Below, in pieces: positions 8,827-16,865 of a DNA stretch of 64,000 bases. The notes below the pieces were generated by a model. The model did not search any database, was not told the origin of the DNA, and was given only the letters and a program-made list of their open reading frames with translations. The position numbers and the translations under genes were made by a program. Origin of the DNA: Bacteroides sp. (lineage in GTDB: Bacteria > Bacteroidota > Bacteroidia > Bacteroidales > Bacteroidaceae); NCBI GenBank assembly GCA_020861095.1, contig JAJBTC010000022.1:68854-132853 (forward strand), given 5' to 3'. How positions within the stretch are numbered: position 1 is the stretch's first letter; every line of letters begins with the position of its first letter.

Positions 8827-10503
8827 ATGAAAAAGAAACTATTTTTCTCAGCAGTGCTGTTCGCACTCTTTTCCACGGCATTTTTTTCGTGCAGTGATGA
8901 TGCCACCGATCCCATTGAGGGCGGCGGAGAGGGAGGTGGCAATGGGGAAACTCCCGTCGTACTGACGCGTTCAGAAGCGGAAGCACTCTCCAACGCGGTG
9001 TATGGTCCGTTGCAGACACTCTCTTCTTCGTATACTTTTCTGGTAGAGTCGGCCACAGAAACAACCATCTCTTTTGAAGAGGTGGATGACTCGAAAGACG
9101 GTCCGCAGGTAAGTATCTTCGAGACCACTCCCAGCAACTGGTACGCGATCAAAGTATTCAACCGTCTCTACAAGAGCATCGGAGCGGCCAATCTGGCTAT
9201 CGAACAGATCGGTGCGGCAGAGGTGAACGAAAGCCTGTCGGAAGCCGACAAAAACTTGTTTGTGGCCCGTTCGTATTTTATACGTGGGTACAACTACTTC
9301 CAGCTGGTGCAGTTGTATGGTGAGGTGCCTCTGATCCTGACATCGGGTAGCAGCGATTATACACGGGTCTCTATAGATGAAGTATATACACAGATCGTTG
9401 CGGATCTGACCAAGGCTTATGACGATCTGCCGGCTTTCGATAGCAACAAGTCCAATCCTTCGCAGGGTGCCGTCCATACGATCCTGGCTAAGGTGTATCT
9501 GACCTGGGGACAGCACCCACTCAGTCAGGAAGAGGTGGCCGCCATTGCAGGAGGCACTACCGATCCCGGCAAACCGGCGGTAGATGCTGAAAAGCTGGAG
9601 AAGGCTGTGGAATATGCCAACAAGGTGATCGACAGCGGCAATTATCGTCTGCTGGACGATTACAACAACCTCTGGGGAGTGATCCATGAGAACAATGCCG
9701 AAGTGATCTTCTCCATCAACCACGAAGGGGACGGGATCGATGCTCAGGGAAACCACCAGACACATTGCGGCTTCACCTGGCCCAAGAGCGCAAGAACCGA
9801 TCCGCACCTGAGCTATGCGGATATTACGCTGGAAGATCGTATCCCAAGTGATTACGACACACGTAAACTCTATTCCTATGCTACCCGTATAGAGTATACC
9901 GACGAAGTGGTGGATACGCTGACCTGGCCGGTAAGCATCGTACGTCCGGGCAAATGGATACACCGTACTACCGACGGTACCCACAGAGCGGTGGATGAAC
10001 AGCCCAACAACATCGACCATATCGACTTCCGCTATGCCGAAGTACTACTGATCAAAGCGGAAGCTCTCTTCTTCTTAGGCAAAGCTTCCGAAGCGCTGCC
10101 ACTCATCAACCAGATCAGGGAAAGAGCGTTTGGTGGTCATTACGATCACGGAGGACGCCTGACCGCAGTCACAGAAGAGATTCTTTACAACGAATGGGAC
10201 TATGAATTTGCTCAGGAGCAAAAGAACTGGACCAACCTGGTGCGCTGGAGAACCCTGCTTTCACGGGTAAAAAGCACTGTACCCAACTATGAGTATTACA
10301 AATCGGAGTATGCGTCCGCAGAAAGTATCAAAGCGGCATTCCCGGAAGTGGCCGACGTAGTAAATGCCGTATTCTATGCGCGTGTGCATAAACACCTGCG
10401 TGCCAAAGTGGATAATCTGGACGGCAAACTGTATCGCTTCCCGATCCCCTTAAGTGAAGACTACACCAGCCTGGGTATTACCCCTCAGAATCCGGGGTAT
10501 TGA
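8827..10503 (+). CDS. susD: SusD/RagB-family outer-membrane lipoprotein
   Basis: 558 aa. Lipoprotein signal ..FFSC. SusD-like segments YFIRGYNYFQLVQLYGEVPLI and FRYAEVLLIKAEA. It lies directly downstream of susC. Confidence 0.93.
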   Translation: MKKKLFFSAVLFALFSTAFFSCSDDATDPIEGGGEGGGNGETPVVLTRSEAEALSNAVYGPLQTLSSSYTFLVESATETTISFEEVDDSKDGPQVSIFETTPSNWYAIKVFNRLYKSIGAANLAIEQIGAAEVNESLSEADKNLFVARSYFIRGYNYFQLVQLYGEVPLILTSGSSDYTRVSIDEVYTQIVADLTKAYDDLPAFDSNKSNPSQGAVHTILAKVYLTWGQHPLSQEEVAAIAGGTTDPGKPAVDAEKLEKAVEYANKVIDSGNYRLLDDYNNLWGVIHENNAEVIFSINHEGDGIDAQGNHQTHCGFTWPKSARTDPHLSYADITLEDRIPSDYDTRKLYSYATRIEYTDEVVDTLTWPVSIVRPGKWIHRTTDGTHRAVDEQPNNIDHIDFRYAEVLLIKAEALFFLGKASEALPLINQIRERAFGGHYDHGGRLTAVTEEILYNEWDYEFAQEQKNWTNLVRWRTLLSRVKSTVPNYEYYKSEYASAESIKAAFPEVADVVNAVFYARVHKHLRAKVDNLDGKLYRFPIPLSEDYTSLGITPQNPGY

Positions 10504-10525
10504 TAGGAGTTTATGAGAGGAATGG

Positions 10526-10560
10526 ACAGTCCCCTTGCACATTATGGTGCAGGGGACTGT
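10526..10560 (+). terminator. Hairpin plus T-rich tail downstream of susD
   Basis: acagtccccttgcac / gtgcaggggactgt (one bulge), followed by ttgtgtatgtttt. Confidence 0.5.
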
Positions 10561-10620
10561 TTGTGTATGTTTTATGGATTGGAGAGCTTCCCTCTGTTTG
10601 TTTTTCAGTGGATTGTCTTT

Positions 10621-11040
10621 AGATTTACGATTTGACGATTTACGATGTACGATTGAAATTACATTTTGTAAACCCCCATACATTACATGTTAGATGCAAA
10701 CATACGAAACGCAAAGAAATTTACCATGTACTGAACCAACGGTTGACGAAGTCACCCAACGGTCAGCAAAGGGATTTACAATTTACGATTGAAATTACAG
10801 AAAGAATATATTTGTAAATTCCTATGCGTACCATTTTATAGGCAAACATACGAGACGCAAAGAGATTTATGATTTGACGAACCAACGGTTGACGAAGTCC
10901 ATCGAAGATCGGCGTAGCCAACCAGGCGATCAGTAAAGTTAATTACGATTTAAATTGCAGAAAGAATATGTTTGTAAATTTCTAAGCGTAGAATTATTTA
11001 TATGCAAACATATAAGACGCACGTTATGCGCCTCTACATA
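10621..11040. repeat. Tandem array of three degenerate units (about 135-160 bp) built from J, H-half and G modules
   Basis: Unit starts (t)tacgatt(g/t)aaatt(a/g)ca are at about 10648, 10783 and 10942. Each unit contains gcaaacatacgaRacgcaaag (H half-site). Units 1 and 2 contain gaaccaacggttgacgaagtc (G). The array ends in a degenerate H palindrome at 11013-11038. Confidence 0.8.
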
Positions 11041-11152
11041 GATACAACCACCCTATATATATACCTGATAAAGTTCATCTATATAACCGGGATATCTGTT
11101 CCATAGAATTATATAATGCAGGAAAAACATACACCAGCATTGGGCCTGTATC

Positions 11153-11882
11153 GCAGAGACGCCCACCATGCAGTGGTGTCCGAAATAAATCGTTAGCATT
11201 TGAGATCCTATGCTTTATTTCAAATAGTTACATTTGATTTTCTACCCGAAAGATTTCAAACTATTACTTTTACGGAAACTATGCAAATGACACTCATGTA
11301 CCCTGATTTCCTCTGAAAGCCTGAAGGGCTTTAATGTGAATAGCCCCCAGTGAAGCGCATAAGGGCCTTGCCCGTAACGAAGCGACTGGGGGTATATCTG
11401 AGGTATTTACAGTCAACCCCAAAGTGGGTTGAATAGAGAAAAACTCCATTCTACACAGCAAGAGTACGATTTTACATCGTTTTATTCAGGATAGAAGCAT
11501 TCAACCCACTTTGGGGTTGAAGACACAGGACGGATCCATACCCCCAGTCGCTCCGCTATGCTACGCTTCACTGGGGGTTATGCACAGTAAAGCCCTTCAG
11601 GCTTTCAGAGTGGAATAAGTATCCTTTGAGATCCATTTCCACCCCCAGTCGCTTCGTTACGGGCAAGGCCCTTACTGCGCTTCACTGGGGGTTATTAGCT
11701 TTGCTGACCGTTGGTTGACTGCGTCGACCGCTGGTTCACAGTAAAGCCACTTCGGGCTTTCAGAGAGGATTATTCACAGGAAAACCCTCCGGGCTTTCAG
11801 AGTGGATGAGTGACAGTTGGATAGTTGCGTAAATATTAAATTCTTTTTCCGGACACTATTGAACACCGTGCGTCTCCACAGG
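11153..11882 (+). repeat. Large mosaic palindromic element, copy 1 (about 730 bp, ORF-free)
   Basis: The ends are gagacgc..gtgtccg / ccggacac..gtgcgtctc. The element aligns block by block with 40251-40868 and with the reverse complement of 61045-61655. It contains S, P, N and G hairpin modules around a conserved core at about 11432-11500. Confidence 0.85.
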
Positions 11883-12516
11883 AAACGGATTACCCATGCG
11901 GAAAGAATAAACAACGGATATTTTCCGGCATTACTCTTGTTTGACTGATTGTTACTTCACGCCTTATATTTCTGACAAAAAGCAATATTTTTCCCTATTT
12001 CGCTTTTTCATACTTCTGTCAGAATAGCACTTATAGAGAATAAAATAGAATATATAATTGATATTTATTCCTGTTTTCCTCCAAATACGCGTATAGCTGT
12101 ACATTTTATCGTAAGAATATACATATTCTTACGATAGAAAATTTCTCTTCTTAGCATAGAATATTTCTTTTCTCTCATTGGAATATGATGATTTAGCCTA
12201 TGGAACCACTTTAAAGTGTAAGAAAAACAGAAATTCCATTCCAGAAGAGGAGTATTTACCAACAAATGGAAAATACCATAATAATTATAAAAATCGCATT
12301 TCAAAAGAAATAAGAAGATAAAAGAGGAATACTAAAACCATTTGCTATCAAACCAAACAATTAATCATCAAATTGAATATTCCAGATTGACTATGGTTGA
12401 GTTATTTTCCATTTTTAAAGATAGTTCCGGAAATACATGAATGATACAGCGCGAGAATATCCATTTGACAATTTGCAACTCCTTTATCACAAAAAGATGT
12501 TTCACATTCAGAAAGA

Positions 12517-12563
12517 ATAAAATAAAAAGAATGGCCGACAACTTACATACAGTGCCGGCCATT
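12517..12563 (-). terminator. Rho-independent-type terminator after the last gene of PUL B
   Basis: Stem aatggccg/cggccatt, followed on the minus strand by ctttttattttatt. Confidence 0.6.
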
Positions 12564-12608
12564 TGTCTTTCCTATACTAAGAGTACTTTTATTGGCAGAT
12601 CTTCTCTT

Positions 12609-13790
12609 CTACTTCTCGAAACAGACATTCATACGGATCGTATTTTCCTGCGGAGTAGCTCCGGCTACCACTTCCACAATCTCTATCAATCCGTTTTTGT
12701 CTTTATACTCATTGTAATACCACACCACGTTTCCGGCTACAAAGTCTTTCGGAGTACGGCTGGAGGGAGCAGATATGCCTTCGAACAATTCGTCATTGAT
12801 CTCTTCTATATCGCCTTCCCTGACTTTGGTAATGAGTTCCATCTGTGCCGCGTTGCTTTCCGAGAGGATACGGAATTTGGTGCTGACAGAGAGGAACAAC
12901 GAGTGGTCTTTACCGTCTTCCGTACCCAGAGCAAGACCATTGCACAACTGATTTTTCAGCACATTGGTGGTATTGCCCGGATCGTAGAACTGATTTTCAC
13001 CGGCATTGCTCACATTCATCATAAAGTCTATCTCTGCCTGATGATCAAACAGATCACAGGGAGAAGAGACGATGCCGGTAGTACCGTCGAAGAAGGAGAG
13101 ACCGGTAGCCTGTCCGCCGATCACCACATCGGTCCAGGTATATACCCGTGCCACCGGTAGCGGCAGGATACGGATCGAACCACTTACTGCAAGTTCCTGG
13201 TCTTTGCCCAGTGAGTTGTCATAGATCAGCTTCACAGTTGCCTCCGTCTCCACCTCCACTTCAGGGGCCAGGAAAGTAAGAGTAGTCGCATCTATGCTGC
13301 GCACAGGCACCTCTTCTCCATTCACCAGGATCTGACGGATGATATGCAGATGGGTACCTGAGAGTTCAATGATCTCTTTCGCCATCCGTTCGCCGGAAAG
13401 CTGCGTAGTTACCGTTGGGATCACAGGAGGCACTGTCACGTGCAGATCGCGACACACCACGATCTTCTGCATGGTATTGTAAGTCGCTGTCACATCTACC
13501 TTTCCGGTCAGTTCCAACGCAGGTACCTGCACCACCAATTCGTTGCGGTCACGCTCTCCGAGATTGAGATTAACTTCCGCTTCCGTCTCCCCGAAAGTCA
13601 CGTGGGTGATCAGGTACATATTTTTTCCGGTCAGCCGGATCTCATCGCCCACAGTGACCTCCGTCAGATTGACGGGGTCGATGGATGTCTGTGGGATCAC
13701 AATATCGTTGTCATAGCCGCATCCCGCTGCCGTCAGGATCAGGCAGAGCAGCATCAGGAAAAGTCCCGTTTTTCTATATGGCTTTTTCAT
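12609..13790 (-). CDS. IPT/TIG-domain surface lipoprotein (SGBP-like)
   Basis: 393 aa. Lipobox LTAAGC. Repeated IPT/TIG-like segments (VTVGDEIRLTGKNMYLITHVTFG, IELSGTHLHIIRQILVNG). The C-terminal domain is shared with the upstream paralog. Confidence 0.8.
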   Translation of the reverse strand: MKKPYRKTGLFLMLLCLILTAAGCGYDNDIVIPQTSIDPVNLTEVTVGDEIRLTGKNMYLITHVTFGETEAEVNLNLGERDRNELVVQVPALELTGKVDVTATYNTMQKIVVCRDLHVTVPPVIPTVTTQLSGERMAKEIIELSGTHLHIIRQILVNGEEVPVRSIDATTLTFLAPEVEVETEATVKLIYDNSLGKDQELAVSGSIRILPLPVARVYTWTDVVIGGQATGLSFFDGTTGIVSSPCDLFDHQAEIDFMMNVSNAGENQFYDPGNTTNVLKNQLCNGLALGTEDGKDHSLFLSVSTKFRILSESNAAQMELITKVREGDIEEINDELFEGISAPSSRTPKDFVAGNVVWYYNEYKDKNGLIEIVEVVAGATPQENTIRMNVCFEK

Positions 13791-13808
13791 CGTCGTACTG
13801 TTTTAAGA

Positions 13809-15338
13809 TTAACGTTGGTAATAAAGATCAAAGATCAGCGAAGCATGCTGGTCGCTATAGGTCTTCTCCTGTGTCCTGTCCAGATGGATGGTCTGGATCT
13901 CCATCAGTCCGATCCGGTTCTTGTATTCGTTCTTAAAGGCAATCACATGGCCTTCGTTGAATACACTGGTACTCTGAAAGTCGACACCTTCGGACATATT
14001 GGCCATACGTACGGTAGCTATGGAGGTAACAATGGTACCATTGAACAACGCAGGAGTAGCTTCCGGAGAGATCTCCTTCAATAGGCCGTTCTTCACCAGG
14101 CGGATGATCTCTGCCTGGGCAGGATCGCTTTCGGAAAGCACCAGGAACGTAGTTGTCACCGAGAGGAAATCTCCGTATCCTTCCGAGATAAGTCCTTCTG
14201 CTGTATTGGCCGTGGTCAGCGCGCTACCATTACACCAATAATTACGGAATCCGCCTACGGTGTTCTGAGGGCCATTTATGGCAAATACAGCCTTGGAAGT
14301 ACCTGGTATACTACCATCATTATTCACCACAGCAGCCATATCAAACAATTTCTGATTATCCTTTTCTCTCAACGCACATACCTGTGATACAATCCCTGTA
14401 GTCGCATTGAGCAAGTTGCCCTCCGCCGTACGATGCGCCCCCAGTTCCACACCGGGATAGTAAAGGACTTTGGGAATAATTACCTCACAGCTCTCCGACA
14501 AAGTGAGAGTTGCTGTACCGTTGTAATAAATCGCTTGTACAGCCACTGTAGAAGTCTCCGACAAAGTAGGCACACGGAAAGAGATCACCGTCTCATTCTG
14601 GCTGTTGATCACCGCCGGGGTCTCGCCAAACACAATCTCTTCGATCAGATGCAGGTGGGTACCTGTCAATACCACGATCTCCCCTTCGGTCACCTGGACA
14701 GGCATAGCCGAACTGATTTCCGGACGGATCTTTACGATTTCGAAAGCTCCTCCCTGGGTTCCTACGCGTTTCTCTCCCGCTTCATCGAAGTAGGCCAGGA
14801 AAATATCTACTTTGTCTTCCGTCACAAAAGGTACTTTCACTACCAGCTCTTTTTCGCTCTGGTAGCTCACGGAAGCCTCTACATCGTTGAAGTAGACCGC
14901 GGTCACCACATCCAGATGAGTACCAGCTATTTCCACCTCTTCTTCCAGTTCACCCTTTGCGGGGATCTCTGTCATTTCCGGTACAGGAAATACAACCGTG
15001 AAAGATCCGGAACTCTCCACCTCCAGCTTCCGGGTCTTGAGAACGATCTTTCCACTCTTAGCTCCCACGGGAACCACCAATACCATCTCTTGTTGAGATA
15101 CCTTGTAGCGTATATCCACTTCCACACCGCCTAAAGTTGCCGAAAGTACATCGCGAAAATATTCGCCGGTCAGCCTGATCTCCGTACCGGGTTTTCCTGA
15201 GGCCGGAGCAAACGCTTCGATCACCGGATCGCCCTGAATGATCTCATCTACGGAGATCTTTTCGTTACATCCCACTGTGGCCAACTGGCATACTCCCAGG
15301 ATCAGGAGAGACCAGATCGTATGTATTGAATGTTTCAT
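13809..15338 (-). CDS. IPT/TIG-domain surface lipoprotein (SGBP-like), larger paralog
   Basis: 509 aa. Lipobox ATVGC. At least three IPT/TIG-like repeats (PASGKPGTEIRLTGEYF, VEIAGTHLDVVTAVYFN, VVLTGTHLHLIEEIVFG). Confidence 0.8.
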   Translation of the reverse strand: MKHSIHTIWSLLILGVCQLATVGCNEKISVDEIIQGDPVIEAFAPASGKPGTEIRLTGEYFRDVLSATLGGVEVDIRYKVSQQEMVLVVPVGAKSGKIVLKTRKLEVESSGSFTVVFPVPEMTEIPAKGELEEEVEIAGTHLDVVTAVYFNDVEASVSYQSEKELVVKVPFVTEDKVDIFLAYFDEAGEKRVGTQGGAFEIVKIRPEISSAMPVQVTEGEIVVLTGTHLHLIEEIVFGETPAVINSQNETVISFRVPTLSETSTVAVQAIYYNGTATLTLSESCEVIIPKVLYYPGVELGAHRTAEGNLLNATTGIVSQVCALREKDNQKLFDMAAVVNNDGSIPGTSKAVFAINGPQNTVGGFRNYWCNGSALTTANTAEGLISEGYGDFLSVTTTFLVLSESDPAQAEIIRLVKNGLLKEISPEATPALFNGTIVTSIATVRMANMSEGVDFQSTSVFNEGHVIAFKNEYKNRIGLMEIQTIHLDRTQEKTYSDQHASLIFDLYYQR

Positions 15339-15363
15339 TGTTTCCTCTCTTTTGGATTACAGA

Positions 15364-16853
15364 TTAATAATAAGGATTCTGTGTCACCACATAGCTGTTG
15401 TTGTCGATCACACTTTGCGGGACAGGCAGTATCAACTGATAGTCCTGCAGGTATGGGGGCGCATTGTCATAGGTAGAATAGAAGGCCCATTCGATCCGGT
15501 GAATGTGATCGTTGATCACTTCTCTGGTTTTGCCCCAACGCAGCAGATCGAACCAACGGTGGTTTTCAAATGCCAGTTCCAGCCGTCTTTCTTTTTCCAG
15601 GGCTGTGCGGAACACATACCGGCTTCCTATCTCCGAAGATTCCAGCGCCTGCAGACCGGCACGCTGCCGCACCAGATTCAGGTAGTGCAGCCCGGCAGCA
15701 GGTCCCTGCAATTCATTCATCACCTCGGCATACATCAGCAGCACGTCCGCATACCGGAGTACCGGCCAGTCGTTTTCCGCATCGTAACGCACCGTCACTT
15801 CCGAAAGGAACTTCTTCACATACGAATCCGGGATCACCGGATTGGGCTTGCTTTCATCGATGTAATGATCGGCAATGGTCACATCCCGGCGGACATCCTC
15901 CGGTTCGTAGAGATCCCGGATCTCATCCGTCGGATAGTTGTTGCCATCGCCACTTCCGACAACCACACAGATACCGCTGTTGTTGGGCGCGAACATATTG
16001 GCAAAGGGCGATCCGATCCCCAGATTGCCTGTTTTGTAGCGTATGGCAAAGAGGATCTCCTCGTTCATTTCATTGTTGATATCAAAAATACTCACATACG
16101 GGATCAGATCCTCTCCTTTTTCCGCGATCACTGCTTCCAGCAGAGGTCTGGCTTCGGCAAACTGTCCCAGGGTCATATATACTTTAGCCAGCAACCCACG
16201 CGCGGCCTCTACGGTGGCTCTTCCCAGATCCGCACTCCCGTACTCCACTCCGTCCAGGTTTTCCACTGCCCGGGTCAAGTCTTTCACGATCTGCTCATAT
16301 ACCTTTTCTACCGGCGCGCGGTTCTCCTTCAGAGATTCTTCTACAGAAAGGGGATCCGTGATCAGGAATACCGGCCCCACAGGCGCACCAGGTTGAAGTA
16401 ATGATAAGCCCGTATAAAGAGTATCTCTCCTTCGTACTGGTCGCGCAACTTCTCCTCTTCCACCACAGCCAGATTCTCCGGAAGAAGGATTGTATTGCAA
16501 CTGTTTATGTTGTTGTAGGTACTTTCCCAATAACTCCGGATGTGGGTGTTGGCAGCGTTCATCGTGCCGTTATCAAATGCCAGAAGCAGCAGGTTCGCGT
16601 CATTCTGCGTACTGCTGCTGTACATGCGGCTGTTGTCCGAGCGAAGTTCGGTGAGTGCCCATTCGCAGCGCAGCGGGGCTTGCATGCCTCCGTAGCAACC
16701 GATCACAGCGGTATTCACCTGAGAAGCATTCTCAAAGTAATACTCATCGGCAATGTAAGAATAGGGAGCAATATTCAGATCACACGAGGTCAGTCCCAGG
16801 GCAAATATGCCCAGGATCGTCCATATATATGGTTTCAGTTTCATAGGTTTCAT
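15364..16853 (-). pseudogene. susD: SusD/RagB-family lipoprotein split by a frameshift (ORFs 16362-16853 and 15364-16530)
   Basis: The N-terminal part has lipobox LGLTSC and ends ..FIRAYHYFNLVRLWGRYS*. The other frame continues ..PVFLITDPLSVEES... The junction is at the C4 run 16375-16378 (G4 on the coding strand). One extra G would restore LVRLWGPVFLITDP. Confidence 0.85.
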
Positions 16854-16865
16854 CTCTTTAGGGAG

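Noticed and set aside
8971-10020. A 349-aa minus-strand ORF. Similar long antisense ORFs occur at 3898-4641, 15238-16401, 25604-26536, 31162-32310 and 41516-42550.
   Set aside because: Each is antisense to a gene with clear family motifs (susD, metK, susD, GH88, queA, dacB). None has a plausible start context or recognisable domains. I treat them as shadow ORFs caused by codon bias.
10621-11882. Whether the dense short repeats form a CRISPR array.
   Set aside because: There is no regular repeat-spacer periodicity. The repeated units are of several different types, occur in both orientations and pair with each other as inverted repeats. No cas genes are present in the window.
12065-12304. A 79-aa ORF in the AT-rich tail.
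   Set aside because: Its composition (rich in F, Y, N, K and I) simply mirrors AT-rich DNA. It has no start context and no homology that I can recognise.
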